A stretch of 64,000 nt of DNA from Eledone cirrhosa (taxonomy: Eukaryota), in contig OZ024742.1 in the NCBI GenBank assembly GCA_964016885.1, positions 30,814,001 to 30,878,000 on the forward strand. The letters are read 5' to 3'. Below the pieces are notes generated by a model. That model was given only the letters and a program-made list of their open reading frames with translations, did no database searches and was not told the origin of the DNA. Shown in pieces: positions 9,543 through 24,012 of this stretch. Positions within the stretch are counted from its first letter, which is position 1. Every line of letters starts with the position of its first letter. Both the position numbers and the translations under genes were made by a program.

Positions 9543-10520
9543 AATGGTTTCTTATATAGGCACAAGGCCAGTAATCTGGGGAGGGGAAAGTCGATTTAAT
9601 CGACCCTAGTGCGTGACTGGTACTCTATTTTATCGACCCCGTAAGGATGAAAGGTGAAGTTAACCTCGGTGGGATTTGAACTCAGATCATAAAGGGCCGT
9701 AACTCTATGCTGCAAAGCATGGTGTCCGACTCCCTACCGATACTACCAATCCACCGCCCTTTCAATGCTTATATCTTTATAACTGTTTCTACTTTGGGGA
9801 CAAGGCCAGCAATAACTCCAGTGCATTACTAGTACTTTATTTTATCGACCCCGTAAGGATGAAAGGCAAAGTTAACCTCGGCGGGATTTGAACTCAGAAT
9901 GGCAAGGGCCGTAACTCCATACGTCAAAGCATAGCGTCCGACCGTCTATCGGTACTGCCAATCCACTAATCTTTAAACGTCAACAGTCAACTTTATTTCA
10001 TAGATGGGTATATATCTATCTATGTAACTGAGAGTATGAGAGAGAGAAAAAGATACATAATTCTACATGGGTGTATATAAATAAACTCGTGCTTGCATAT
10101 CCAGCCATTTATACACACATCCCTATAGCTATCTATATTTCTCTTGCTCCCACTCTATCTACCCTCTTTCTCTCTCTTTTCATATATATATACACATATA
10201 TAATTGTTTCTACTTTGGGCACAAGGCCAGCAATAACCCCAGTGCATTACTGGTGCTTTATTTTATAGACCCCGTAAGGATGAAAGGCAAAGCTAACCTC
10301 GGCGGGATTTGAACTCAGCCTGTAAAGGGCCGTAACTCTGTGCTGCAAAGCATGGCGTCCGACCCTCTACCGATACTGCCAATAATAATTGGTTCTACTT
10401 AAGACACAAAGTCACCAATTTTAGGGGGGGGGGGGGCGTCGATTATATCGATCTCTGCATTACTAGTGCTTTATTTATCGACATTGTAAGGATTTGAACT
10501 CAGAACATAAAGGGCCATAG
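9543..10520 (-). mobile_element. Cluster of four tRNA-derived SINE copies (Meta-domain-like family)
   Basis: Repeated TTTTATCGACCCCGTAAGGATGAAAGGCAAAGTTAACCTCGGCGGGATTTGAACTCAG at ~9630, ~9841 and ~10261, with a degenerate copy at ~10474. This is the reverse complement of GAGTTCAAATCCCGCCGAGGTTAACTTTGCCTTTCATCCTTACGGGGTCGATAAAA. Confidence 0.85.
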
Positions 10521-10579
10521 TTTGACCAAAGCTATCTTCACGCATAAAAAGCTACTTCTTAATGCTTTGGATTTTTTAA

Positions 10580-10741
10580 TATATACATAAAATTATATAA
10601 TATATAATATAATATAATATATATATATATAAATATAATATATATATATAAATATAATATATATATATATATAATATATAAATATAATATATATATATGT
10701 ATATATAATATATAAATATAATATATATATATATAAATATA

Positions 10742-10774
<33 letters not shown>

Positions 10775-10832
10775 AATATAATATATATATATATAAATAT
10801 AATATATATATATACACATAGAGAGAGAGAGT
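10580..10832. repeat. Compound AT microsatellite
   Basis: (TA)n interrupted by AAATATAA units, followed by (GA)n. Confidence 0.95.
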
Positions 10833-12203
10833 AAGCATGTAGTGAAACCAAACAAGGTGTATAATATATAGACAATGTAAAAAGAAAAGAAAAGGGGGAA
10901 GCTATAGCTTTACGAAGAGTAAATAAACTCTATTTATTATTATTTTTTCCTTCAAAATTTAACAAGAAAGAAGGAAAAAATCCCCATAAATTTACTGCAA
11001 TTTTCATAAAGATTTCCAATTTAGGAAAAAACTAGGTCAAGGCAAAAGTTGGAACATAAAGCAATAATATGAAATAGCTACAAAGTACCTTAAATCACCA
11101 ACATGTGGTATACGCTATACTATAATAAAACGAAATAAATATATATAATTATATGTGTCTGTGTTTATATAAATGTATCGTCGACGAGGAAAACATTTTT
11201 TTTTTAAATGTCGTTTTTTTCAATATGTGTCTTTTTGTTAAGATTCAAGAATTTTTTTTTTTCTTTCCGTATTTTTCAAAAATTTTCCTCCTGATAAACC
11301 GTTGTCGATTATTTTGTGGTTGTATGGAGAAGGCAAAGAAAACGAAACAATAATTTTAATTTGTTGCTTAAAATTATTGGGAATGTTTTGCGTGGAAATA
11401 TTTTCATTGAATTATTTAATTTATGAAGAAAACAGCATTATTGTCATCTATTTATTTGCTTCTTGTTACAATAAAAAGGTGTTGAAAACGGATTGTGTGT
11501 GATTATATGTATACATGGTGTGTGCCTGTATGTATATATATATGTATGTATGTATGTACGTACGGTGCGTGCCTGCGTATATATATATATATTTACATAG
11601 TGTGTGTATATGGTATATGTAAATGGTACGTGCCTGTGTGTGTACATTATATATGTATGTGTATGTATGTTATGGTGTCTAAGTGTGCGTATGTATGTGT
11701 AAGTGTTGTGCGTTGGTGTATGCATATGTGATGTGAAAATATGTGAAAAGTGGCATTAATGGTAAAAATAGATGTTTTTTGTGTGTGTTATTTGTTTAAA
11801 TACAGGTTTTATTGTATCCAATGAAACATTAGAACGTTTGTAGATGATATAAATGTCTACACACGTATAGGTCAACCAGATGTAGGTTGAATTTGTTTCA
11901 TGTTATTGTAGCTATTTTTGTTTGTGTATGTATGTATGTGTAAGTGTGTGTATGTGTTTATCTGTGTACGAATTTGTAACCTATGCATGAGTGAAAGAGG
12001 AGGGTAGGTGTAAGAGAGGAGAGAGAGCCCTAGTAGCAGGAGTAATGCTGGCATAACACACATTTGCACATCAATCAACATATTCTATTCACTTCGAAAC
12101 AACTAGCAAGCAAAACGGCGCCTTGTTGAAACTATAAGAAATCTAGTTTTAACACTTTTAACTTTTAGTCCCCAAACCCCGTTACATTTACTATTTACTA
12201 AAT

Positions 12204-12269
12204 ATGGTGCGGTCTTCAAGGGTGCAGAAAAGTCAACCGAAAAAAACTAAAGCCGATTCTCCAGCGCCG
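12204..12269 (+). CDS. Exon 1 (start codon) of a 229-aa basic/acidic disordered protein: MVRSSRVQKSQPKKTKADSPAP
   Basis: ATG at 12204 in AAT-ATG-G context, 22 open codons, strong phase-0 donor CCG|GTAAGA matching the phase-0 acceptor at 48111. Composition (K/R/S/P) fits the downstream exons. Locally CpG-containing unique sequence. Confidence 0.7.
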
Positions 12270-14519
12270 GTAAGATAATTTTATTTAAACAAGAAATTAG
12301 TGGAAAATAAGGCAAAGTGCGAGCAAGCTTTCACCATTCCCGCCGCCACCGTTTAGTTGTGTGTATATGTCTCTCTTTCTTTCTCCCACTCTATCTGTGT
12401 GCGCGCCTGTTGTTTATTTCGAATTGTATATTTGAAAATAGACATCAATGAATATTATAGAGAAAGATACTTATTTCTTAGATCGAATATCTATATATCA
12501 GATTCAATTATTGATATTTATATAAAATGAGAGAGAAATATATAGAATGAGACAGAGGGAAAATATAGATATAGTAAAAGAGAAAGAGAGAGTAACTTCC
12601 AGCAGCACGCTACATTATGACGGTGTAAAAATGAAAAAAATATATCTATACCTCGATCATGTTTTACATTTTATCTCAATAATACTTCGATTTTCCACTA
12701 ATTCTTTTTACATAATATTCTTATTCGGTGTTTCTTCTTCAATTCTGTGTAATTAGTTTTAATTTTGCGCCATTCTATTTTGTCTGCCGTTGTGTTACAT
12801 GCACGGCTATCTCGCTGTCCAGTTTCCCCATTATTTAAAAACATTTCATGTTTTGCGAGAATATCTTGACGCTCCTCTACAAATGTTGCGATTTATATTT
12901 ATTTGTTGCATGTCTTGGATTTTCAAACCAAGTTTGAATTTCATTTAGTGCCATTAAAATTAAATGTTTTTTAAAATATAATTCAAAATTATAAACCTAA
13001 CATTTTCCTACAAATGGTACATATGTTATACATACACACACGTCGTTAAACCAATTAAGACAGTGTGTAACCAGTTATAAAAGAAACATATGCAGGTTTT
13101 CGATAAAAGACAAAAAAATCTAATCAAGTATTTTAATATGAATTAATTCAGTTTTCTTATATATTTTTATGCTAACAGATTGTGTTGTAAATTTTTCGTT
13201 TCATTATTTTTCAATTACAAAATCTGTCTCGTTAAGAAACAACAATGGTGACTTTGTTGAAAACCACATAAAACAAGTTCCTTTTATTAACCATTATAAT
13301 TAGAAGAATTAATATATTTTTTATTCATAAATAACTTTTTTCCTTCTTTTGTTTATATGCCACAATTGAAATATGTATTTATTGAAACAAAAACATGAGA
13401 GTGGTGTTATAGTATGGAATGGGGGACATTTGTTTGTGGAAGTGGTTGATTTATAAATGTAGTAGTAGTATTTTCTGGGTTTTTTTAATATTTTATATCT
13501 TTCAGGCTTTCTACTAAACATTTATTTTTGTTTTATAATTAATCTATATCAACCGTTGTTCTTTTAATTCAGTAGCTTGTATTTAGATCTGAAATGGCCA
13601 TTGTAGAGAAATTATAGAAATAAAATGTGTTAGAACTGTATATTGGGAATGGAGGATAAAGTCAATAAAGAAAGGGGAAGGTTGATTCTTTCATTGCCGT
13701 TTCAACCGGACTAAGTCAGTTCCAAGCGGCTGAATTTGCTCAAGACTAGTTAAAGCGAGAGAAAGGGAGAGTCGTTTAAGGAAGAGGGAGAGATTTTATA
13801 TTTTTATGACTTGTTCATTCTTGGTATTTTACTGTCTCTCACAGCCGCACCCTTCGTTCTCCCTGACGCTTCCATTCGTCTGGCTAAAGAAAAAAAATGG
13901 ACATTTTCCTAAATACTTCATATATATTTGACCACAAAGATTTATATATAATATATATCCATGTATTAATTAAAAAGCATGCTTAAGTTTATTTTTATAG
14001 ACTATATACAATTAAACGCAATTTTTTTTAATACTTATTAAGGGGGGAGGCACAGACCTAAACTATACCCATGTTTTTAGATAATTTGTAAATAAATTTA
14101 TTTGTGCAAGTTTTATAAACATACATTTATCTATCCTCGTGTAAATTAAATAAATATATATATTATTTAAATTTATTTTATAAATATTCATATACATTAG
14201 TGTAGAGTAATACAAATTTTTATTTTAAGTTATTAGATTCAGTTTGTAAATTAAAACAAATAATATCTATTATTTCGGAGCCTATCATGTTTTATATATT
14301 TTAACAATATCTCTAATATTGTATTTTCTGTAATATAACCCTCTCTCCCTTTCTCTAGATACTCTGTCTTCTCTTTCATTCTCCCCACATTTTCTTTTTT
14401 TCTTTCTTCATCGCCGTCTCTCTTTCTCTTCAATGCTGTTCCCGCTCTTTACCATAACATGTAGTTTGCTAAAAGTGCAAACTTACGCAAACGCATTCAG
14501 CACAAAGAGCGTAGGGACA

Positions 14520-15180
14520 TAAGCACATACATATATAGAGCCAGTTTCACAAAAACACGCACGGAGCACACGCAGACAGCGCACATACACGATCGCAATC
14601 ACAAACACGTACACACATTTAATCACGTAAAAACAGCCACTTAAACACACAGATAATAATAAAAACAGCTACATAAACACACGCAGTTACTGTTACATAA
14701 ATATAGTCACATACACACAAATACACCCATTATACAGTCATAAAAACAGCCACATAAACAGTTACATAAAACTAACACAAAAACACACATTTACATAAAA
14801 CCATACAATCATAGACACACATAAAAACACTAAAATTAACACACAATGCCACATGAACACATACTATCAATTAAAAATCATACATCACATAAACACGCAC
14901 TTGCAGCCACATAATCACACATATCCAGGCAGATAACTACACACAGCTAGTTAAACACATACATACAACCTCATAAACACACATATACAATCACAGAAAC
15001 ACACATACATAACCAGTTAAACTCACACAACACATATACAGCCATTTAAACAGACACATAAACATACTTACAACCACATAAACACACATGCAGATACATT
15101 AACACACACAGCCATGTAGACACACATCCAATCTCATAAGCACACACTTATAGCCACATAAACTTACACACAATCTTCTA
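14520..15180. repeat. Degenerate CA-rich low-complexity repeat
   Basis: Recurrent CAGCCACATAAACACACA-like units. Confidence 0.75.
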
Positions 15181-15711
15181 AACAGGCTCTTTGCAATGTT
15201 CTACGCTTGTGGCCACGTCAGAAGAGAAATAAGTTATATAGAATTCTTTTAATGTTTCTCTCTTACTGATATCTGCTAGTCTTATCATAATCACCATTAT
15301 TTTTATTCTTCTCCCGCGTCTTGAGTTCAAACCGTATCTGGGTCGCCATTACCGTTAATTTAACTGCTATCGAATCGTTGCCAGTTTATGCGATAGATAG
15401 ATCCATACAAATTTACTCTTAACCGTTGTAATTATGCAAATTTCTGGCATTTTGTCAATATAGAAATCGTCATCCATTGTATTCAATTAAATCAATCGAA
15501 TTAATTAAGGTGTTTGTTTAATCGTCTTTTGTTGTTCTTGTTAATTTACCAAACTATTAAAAACAGTCTTTTTTTTTTTATTTTAAATTAATAGTTTGTA
15601 ATTTAAATACAAGGCCAGCAATTTGGCGGGAGGGAAGGAAAAAGTTGATTATATTGACCACAAGTACTTGACTGGTACTTAATTTTGTTGACCCCGGAAG
15701 GAGGAAAAGCA

Positions 15712-15774
15712 ATATATATATATTTATATATATATTTATATATATATTTATATATATTTATATATATATATATT

Positions 15775-15806
<32 letters not shown>

Positions 15807-15909
15807 TATATTTATATATATTATATTTATATATATTATATTTATATATATATTATATTTATATATATATTATATTTATATATATATTATATTTATATAT
15901 ATATATATT

Positions 15910-15941
<32 letters not shown>

Positions 15942-16130
15942 TATATTATATATATATTATATTTATATATATATTATATTTATATATATATTATATTTAT
16001 ATATATATTATATTTATATATATATATATATTTATATTATATATATATTATATTTATATATTATATTTATATATTATATTTATATATATATATATTATAT
16101 TTATATATATATATATTTATATATATATAT
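15712..16130. repeat. Compound AT microsatellite with ~19-bp higher-order unit
   Basis: Repeated TATATATATTATATTTATA. Source of the YI-rich ORF 15685..16218. Confidence 0.95.
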
Positions 16131-16132
16131 AG

Positions 16133-16203
16133 TCATAACTATTAAGCTCTGTTACCTACATAGAGCACTCTTTTTTCCTGGACCTTTCCGACGGAATTAC
16201 TTC
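16133..16203 (+). mobile_element. 3'-terminal fragment of the family B (TA)n-embedded element, without the ribozyme
   Basis: CATAACTATTAAGCTCTGTTACCTACATAGAGCACTCTTTTTTCCTGGA..TTCCGACGGAATTACTTC is the reverse complement of ~7818-7889. Confidence 0.8.
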
Positions 16204-17039
16204 TATATATATATATAGTTCCTTTTTCACGATGTTGCAATTAAAATTAATAACATGATGATGGAATCCTATTTTGATTGAATATTCTTTCCTCATCTTG
16301 AAGCCATTGGCCTGTAAATTTGAGTAACTTGAAGAAAACGTGGCTTTTATTATGCTTTTAAAATATGTTGATGGCCTATAAATTCCATTGCATTGTGCCA
16401 AAAGTAGAAACAATTATTTGAAAAATAACGGTTTCTTTCAATAATGTAATATATTTAGAATCAGCAACAGCAAGATGTCTTAAAACCAGAAACAGATTGT
16501 GTTTACTGATTTATTTTCTTTCCTTTTCTATCTATGAACATAAAAAGTAAATTTCTTGTTTTGTCCATAAATATATCTCATTTGTATCCGCAATTACATT
16601 TTCATCCCTAATAAATTGAAAGAACAACGTTTAAAATTTTCCGAAAGCAAAACAATACATTCCTAATGTTTATATCATTAAATAAACATCACATTATTTT
16701 GAAAATGAATACAGTTATTACAAAGTATTTCTATTGTTTATCGATCTAATTGATACATAGATATTTATAAAGCATTAAATTGAAGTTCCATATTGTTTTT
16801 ATATTATTGAAGAATTTTTTGAAATATATTTTTTCGAAGACGTTGTTGTTTTTAAATAAAAGGCATTTACTCTTCTACTTGTTCCAGCCAAATAGCTGAG
16901 GCACATATATATTTAAAATATGTATCTAAGTACTCAAGTTAAATTTCTATAATAATCCGTCTTCCAAATCTCCGACATCTTTAAATACAACCGTGTTAAA
17001 ACGACGGGAAAGAAACCTCCCTCATTGCAGAGAGGTGTT

Positions 17040-17480
17040 AGTATCATATTTTGTCATGGTACACCTAATACCTTGTGTCACACCTTGGTATATTATGTCA
17101 CAAGACAATGTACCAAACATACTGTGTCACAGTAGATCTTGGTACATTGTGTCAGAGTATACCATGGTACATTGTGTCACAAATCTTGGTCCCTTGTGTC
17201 ATGATACCTTGGAACATTCTGTCACAGTATATCTTGGTACATTGACACTGTATACCTTGGTGCACTGTCACAATATTTGGTACAGTGTCAGTACATCTTG
17301 GTACATTGCCATAGTATAACTTGGTACTCTATGTCACAATACTCTTTGGTACAGTGTCGATACACCTTAGTACCTTGTCACGGTACATGTTGGTACCTTG
17401 TGTCACAATATTCTTTGGTACTTTGTGTCTCAGGACATTCTGGTAGTTAGTCACAGAATACCATGGTACCTTCTGTCAGT
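17040..17480. repeat. Degenerate ~20-25-bp minisatellite
   Basis: Repeated ACCTTGGTACATTGTGTCACA-like units. Confidence 0.8.
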
Positions 17481-19406
17481 GCGTGAAGGGTTTTGACAGG
17501 CGTTAGATTTAGTTAAACACTGCTTGGTTACTCTAAACACTCTCAAAGAGCGAACCCAATAGGATGGTGTTTTAGCAGCCGTTGGCTTGGCCATAATACG
17601 GGCTGCGATATGACATGTAACATGTTACCATTCGCAAGTGGTCAAATTCCCCAATAGTATTACACTGTATCTAGATAGCTATATGGTTAAAGACAAACAA
17701 CGAACATAAACTGAATAAATGGCTCAATATTGTGTGAAGAGCCCCAGTCAGCTGCCATTAGTGGAAGCTCGAACACATATATGTATAAATCCCTTTCACG
17801 GCCACTACTAAAATTATTCATTATTTCATTACTAAGATAGTAACTTAGGTAATTTTCTTAAAAAATCATGTTGGAAGATTTTAATTTAAATTGGAAACCT
17901 TTAAAATGGGTGGTTTTATTTCAGAGAACCAGAGCTGGTTTTGGCCAGTTTGGTAACTAAAGGAATATATATAAACATAAATAAATAAATGTATATTTAT
18001 ATAAACGTACATATGTGTGTATCGCAATGCACTTTTAAGTTTTATTATTTTTTTCCCTATTGGCGGGAAAATTAGTTGCGCACGCAGCACTAGACGTGGT
18101 CTCCTTGTAGTCAATACAGTGCAAGCAAAAATCTGAAATGTCGATTAAGTTACGTTATTAATACGTTAACCATAGCTGCTCGGCATTCTCGTTGTTCCAA
18201 ATTAGAGCAGCGTCAGTCATTTATCTGACATGCACTTTTAATTTCTCTTCTCTATTGGCGGGAAAATTGTGCCTGCATCACTAAACATGGTGATTCTTTT
18301 AGTGCAGGCTTGGACTTGAAATGACTGTTAAAATATCGTCGTTATTATGTAATTAGCTATGGCTACGTTTGTTGTGATGATTTGACACTTTCTGTGTACT
18401 TAACGGTCTAATTAAGAGAAATATGTCCCAGACTTTTAAACGTTGTTGCCACCAGTCAGGCGTCTCTGCTCCTTGATGCGTAGCATATCAGCAACTATAT
18501 TTGAATTATTCAATCTGTTCGTTGACTGCAAGTAGCGGCAAAACACTGTTTTTGCCCGTACTGTATTGAAACATTTTTGAAAATGGATTTCCGCGCCTAC
18601 TACACCACTACCACCACCATCATTTAACATCCGTTCTCTTCACTAGACAGAAAAGGGATAATTTAACGCTGCTCTTTTGGGGCGCAAATATGGTTATCCC
18701 AATGACAACCGTTTCTACCGTAAATACAAGGGCAGACATTTGGTAAAGACAAGGAAGTGTTAGTCGATTATATCGACCTAGTGGTAAGGGTCTTGAAGTT
18801 ACGATCATAATGTCGTGGGTTCGATTCTTGGACTGGGTTGTATGTTGTGTTCTTGAGCAAAACACTTCATTTCACGTTGCTCCAGTATACTCAGCTGAAA
18901 ACGAATAGCAGCAGCAATAGCTGGAGATTTAACCCCACGATGGACAAGCGTCCTGTCTAGGGAGGTGAGGGTCTTTTACGCACAGTCACTTCACGCTACG
19001 GAAACCTGGAGGATTTGAACTCAGAATACAAGGACCTGTAACTAAATAAACGCAAGGCATTTATTTTGTCCCTCCCTCTATCGATTCTCTTAACTTACTG
19101 AATAACGACAATCGATACTTCAAAGTCTGTAACACTACAGGGACACACCAGAGACCACATCTTATGATTGATAAACATATAAAACATTTTCCCGCCAACA
19201 GAGGGGGGAAAAAAGTACATTTGCTGATAATGAATGAATAATTTACGTTGTTCGTTTGTGGAACACAAACAAACTCTACAACTTGTTATATAACCTCAGG
19301 TTAGTGGATTCCTTGCTGACCTATGATCAAATTCTTCAACTTGTTACTATTTAACCCCAGGTTAGTCTGGATCTATCAAACATATGATCAAACTCTACCC
19401 AGGTAG

Positions 19407-19632
19407 AGGGCGGTGAATTGACAGTGTCGGTAGAGCGTCGGACAGCATGCTTTGCGGCATAGAGTTACGGTCCTTTACGTTCTGATTTCAATTTCAAAAC
19501 CTGTCGAGGTTAGCTTTGCCTTTCATCCTTACGGGGTTGTTAAAATAATGTACCAGTAACGCACTGGGGTCGATTTAATCGACTTTCCCCTCGCCCAAAA
19601 TAGTTGGCCTTGTGCATAAATCAGAAACCATT
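19407..19632 (+). mobile_element. Full-length tRNA-derived SINE (Meta-domain-like family)
   Basis: GGGCGGTGAATTGACAGTGTCGGTAGAGCGTCGGAC...GCCTTTCATCCTTACGGGG...GGCCTTGTGCATAAATCAGAAACC. Other copies at ~21017, 23065, 32360(-), 33215, 40983(-), 43658(-), 46735(-), 50400, 54060-54600 (three), 55786, 56370 and 57370(-). Confidence 0.85.
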
Positions 19633-22059
19633 ATTTAACCCCAGGTTAGCATATATCTAGCAGGCCTATGATCCAACTCTGCAACTCGTTATTTAGCCCT
19701 AACTTAGTCTGGATCTAGCAGGCGTACGATCGAATGACTTCCACCCTTGACCATCTAGTTTATTTTTTTACGTACTGGAAACCAAGGACCATATCAAATG
19801 TGTCTTTTAAGACAATGGTGTGTGGTCTGAAGGAGATTTCACTGCTATCTCTAGTAAGGCCAGGTGACCACGTAGAGGTTTTTCTACACATGTCTAACAC
19901 GAGTATACTGAGTATTTCATTGTTTACTTTTTACGTTATTGTTTTATGTTTGTTTTACCCATACTTGCAAGAGGTTTGACCAAGCCTCGGGGTTTGTCTC
20001 AGTTTCATGGGTTTTAAGGGGCCAAGCGCACCCGACTGCGCCTCTGATTGTCGTAGGGCCTAATTTAATGGGCGGCAAAAGGGGGCAATTATCCCGAATC
20101 TCTTGCAATGGGGTCCCCACCAGCAACGGCCATAGCAATTTATTTGTGCCCTCAGCTGGGATTTTTAGTTTTAGAATGGTTAGATTTTTTTAATTTAATA
20201 CCTGTATAACTTTTCAATTCCAATTACTTGTGTCATGCTGACTTTGACAGGTAAAATTGGGGGGTTGCTGTGTATGAGTGCCCCCCCATCACCATGATTT
20301 AAATCCAACCCTGCGTAGGGTTAATCTCTAGCTGCCACTGGAACATATATTTAGTAGGAGCAATGTGAAATGAAGTGCCTTGCTTAAGGTCACAACACGT
20401 CACTCGGTTTGGTAATCATGATCCTTCCCCCACAGCATCGTAATTCCCACCGCCCTAACCACTCGCCTCCATTTTTGTTTTTACCCCAAAACACGTGTCT
20501 TTGTGTATGCTTTTGTCTGTGTATGTGTCTGTCTGTTTCTATGTGTTCATGTATGTTTCTGTCTGTGTATGTGTAAGAATATGTATGTATGTTAGTCTGT
20601 GTATGTCCCTATGTGTGTACACGGTGGAAGAAAATTCATTTTAACCATTGTAGAAGATACAGAAACTGCTGTATTCACTTTCATCTTTATTTATCTATTT
20701 TCGTTGCACTTCTACGACTTGGTCAATAACACTTTTACAATGATCACGTTGCGGAGGTGTATAGAAGAAATCTTTGGCACTTCATAATTGACCGCACTAT
20801 TATCCGATAAACTATGGGTGTGGTATAGACAGTTTGTTTGTTAAATGTTTCAAATGACACTTCGACTAAGTAATTGTTTCTGCTTCAACAGATTTTCTCA
20901 TATGAAATCATTTGACATACAAGTATAACTCCTGACAATGTATCCTTCTATATATATATTGCTAAATTCAATAGTTAATATTCAATCAGTAATATTCAAT
21001 CAGTAAATATTTATTGAGGCGTCGAATTGGCAGTCATTAGAACGTTATATAAAATACTTTATCGTATTCGTTCCGGCTCTCTGCTCTCTGAGTTCCAATC
21101 CCGCCGAGATCAACTTTGTCTTTCATCCATTCAAGGTCGATAAAAAAAATACAAGTCTAGTACTGAGGTCCATTCTTCCTTTATATCTCTTTCTCACTCC
21201 CTATCCTTCACTGAAAGAAATTAGCTGTGTTCAGGCATAGAGAGGAAAAAGGCCTCGCCAGGTTTTTAAAATGCCCAAGAAATGTCGTATGTCACTATGG
21301 CGTCCCTACGACTTCGTTTTTCGCGTGAAAAAAAGAAATGTTTATTAAATTTTAACAATTATTTCGAAGTTATTTTATTATTTCATTATTTAAATATTTC
21401 AGTCGAATATAAATTTTGAAATAAGAAATTTAAAAAAATCTAAAGTTTAGAAATATTTCTACGAAAATCAATTGATTTTCCTTCTCTATCTCTTTTATCG
21501 ATGAATTGATTATATTTATTTATAGTAAACAGTTTTTCATTTAAAATATCCCCCATTACTTTCGTCCTGCTGTGATCTATGTGGCGTAGCAATTGTTCCC
21601 AGCACCCGGAGTGGTGGGTGGGCAAAGATAATTTTAGCTCCCCCATGTCCGCCTTAAGAGGAAACATTGCGTCCATGTTGAATACTCCCCCCACCTCTCT
21701 TGCTACGCCTCTGACATCGATATCTATTTGTGTTGCTCTAACAGACTATTTCCCGCCATAAATATGTATGGCTTTGTGCCCAGGGTCCTCCGTCTGATTC
21801 TTGCGGTAGTTAGTTAATTAATAATATATTTAGCTTCTGAGCAAAATGTTTGGATAACATCCACGAGCTCGGCTGCTCTCGCTTGGGGGATCCAGCCAGA
21901 TCAATTGGAAACGGTTGCTTATGTCAGGATCCGTTGGAAGGCGTACTTCAGAACTCTGTTCCCCATACGACCCTTCCAGGAATAAGTGGGAGATGATGAA
22001 GAAAACTTACTGTTATTGTTTCTACTTTTTGTCAGTGAAAGGAGAAAGTGCAATATCAA

Positions 22060-22385
22060 GGCGCATGGCTTTGTGGTTAATGATTCGGCTTACAATCATG
22101 TGGTTGTGAGTTCGATTTCCGGCGGCGCATCGTGTCCTTGGGCAAGACACTTTATTTCATGTTGCATCAGTCCACTCAGCTGGTAAAAGTGAGTTGCATC
22201 AGTAATTCGAATGGCCAGCCTTTTCACATTCTATGTTACGCGGAATCTCCCTGAGAACTACGTTAAGACTACACGTGTCTGTGGAATGTTCAACCACTTG
22301 CACGTTAATTTCGCGAGCAGGCTGTTCTTCGGTAGTTCGGATCAACTGGAACACTCGTCGTCGTAATCGACGGAGTGTCTCACAA
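22060..22385 (+). mobile_element. CORE-type tRNA-derived SINE
   Basis: GGCGCATGGCTTTGTGGTTA...GAGTTCGATTTCC...GTGTCCTTGGGCAAGACACTTTATTTCA...CTCCCTGAGAACTACGTTAAG...CTCGTCGTCGTAA. Second copy at 22610-22872 and another at ~59010-59340. Confidence 0.82.
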
Positions 22386-23408
22386 CAAGTCTAGTACCGG
22401 GAAAATGGGATTTAATGTTGCTGGTGTTTGTTTGGCTAGAAGAGTTGACAGTTGTTAAAAGAAATTTGAACGAGGGAGGAAATTCAAGAGGAGGCTATGT
22501 GGGAGAAAGGACTGAATGAAATAGTTTCATGTGGGGGGTGGAGGAGGAAGGTCCAGAGATGTGAGACAGTAAAAGTGACAAAAGTAGTAGTAGTAGTAGT
22601 ATAGTAGTACTGTCGTGAGTTCAATTCCCGGTGTTGCGTTGTGTCATTGAGCAAGACACTTTACTTCACGTTGCTCCAGTCTATTTGTCTGGCATTGGCA
22701 AACATGAGTTGTAGCTGTAATTCAAAAGGTGTCACAATTCTGCGTCGCGCTGAATTTCCCTGAGAACTAAGTTAAGATTATGAGTTTCTGGAATGTTCAG
22801 CCACTTGCAAATTAATTCCACGACACGGGCAGGTTCTGTTGATCGTATCAACTGGAACACTCATCGTCGTAACAAGTCTTGTTGACTAAAGAAGTCGCGC
22901 AATAAGCAACACTTTCATTAAATGTGTTATATAGATATTAAATGGCATCCTTCCATATTCTGAGTTTATTTCCCGCCAAAGTTGTCTTTCTATGTGGTGT
23001 TGATAAAATAAGTACCAGTCATACACTGGCATTGATATTCGTTAATAGCGAGTGTTATTATAGGATTGACAGTATCGGTAGAGCGTCGAACACCATGCTT
23101 TCCGGTATAGAGTTATGGTGGCCCTTTACGTTCTGATTTCAAATTCCGCCGAGGTTAATTTTGCCTTTCATCCCTATGGGGTCGATGAAATGAAGTACCA
23201 GTAATGCATTAGGGTTAATTCAATTGACTTTTACTTCCTGCCAAATTGTTGGCCTTGTGCCAAAATCAGAAACCGTTATAATAAAATTGGTTGTTTATAC
23301 TTTCATTGAGGGATGATTTTAACGTGTGTTCGTGGAACCATTGTTTACCTGGCGCCAGCTAAACTCTAGTATACGGACAGTTAAGAAAGAGTTACTTTTG
23401 ATGATATA

Positions 23409-23585
23409 CGAGGGTCGGCCGAAAATTTCATAGGGTGACCAAATGAGGTTTATTTTTTAACAAGGTCCCTTGAAAGAAACAATGCTGTTATTAATAAGAG
23501 TTGATATTAATGCATGTAAGATTTCACTGCTCTAGCACCACTCACTCCTTCATTGTCTGCCTATGAAATTTTCTGCCGACCCTCG
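23409..23585. mobile_element. Mariner-type MITE (177 bp) with TA target-site duplication
   Basis: TA|CGAGGGTCGGCCGAAAATTTCATAGG ... CCTATGAAATTTTCTGCCGACCCTCG|TA; TIRs of 26 bp or more with one mismatch. Confidence 0.85.
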
Positions 23586-23936
23586 TATGTATAGGAATGT
23601 GGTACGGGAGTTTGAGAGAAAAGGACGTTGGTTTACGTTGCAATTGTGTTGTCTGATAGGAAGCTTCCGATCCAAAACAGACGAAGCCTTATGTAACCAG
23701 ACACCGTTAAAGTGTTTGTTGTTAATTGTCGTAACATTGCTTTCGTTGATGCACATACGTGCCAGAGGCAGGCACGTCGCCAAGGGGAAGTGACACTGGA
23801 TGGCACTGTGACATTGCCCACCCCCACTTTTCAATAATGCATTCTTAGATTTAGAAAATAGAATTTAGAGATATGTAAAATCCCGACCGCGACGCCAAAC
23901 GGTTCGGCTTGTGAAAATAGAATATATATATGTTTA

Positions 23937-24012
23937 CAGGGTGTTCCAAAAATGTATACACACTTCAACAGCATTCTAATACATATATGTGTATACATTT
24001 TTTGAGGACACA
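23937..24012. mobile_element. Short Tc1-like MITE remnant
   Basis: TA|CAGGGGTGTTCCAAAAATGTATACACA ... TGTGTATACATTTTTTGAGGACAC, an imperfect inverted repeat. Confidence 0.6.

Noticed and set aside
10559-10875. YI/IY-rich ORFs here and at 8836-9206, 11444-11731, 15685-16218 and 40503-40743
   Set aside because: They are translations of (TA)n and (CA)n microsatellites.
19407-19500. tRNA-like A/B boxes as tRNA genes
   Set aside because: They are SINE heads continuing into SINE bodies, with no complete cloverleaf.
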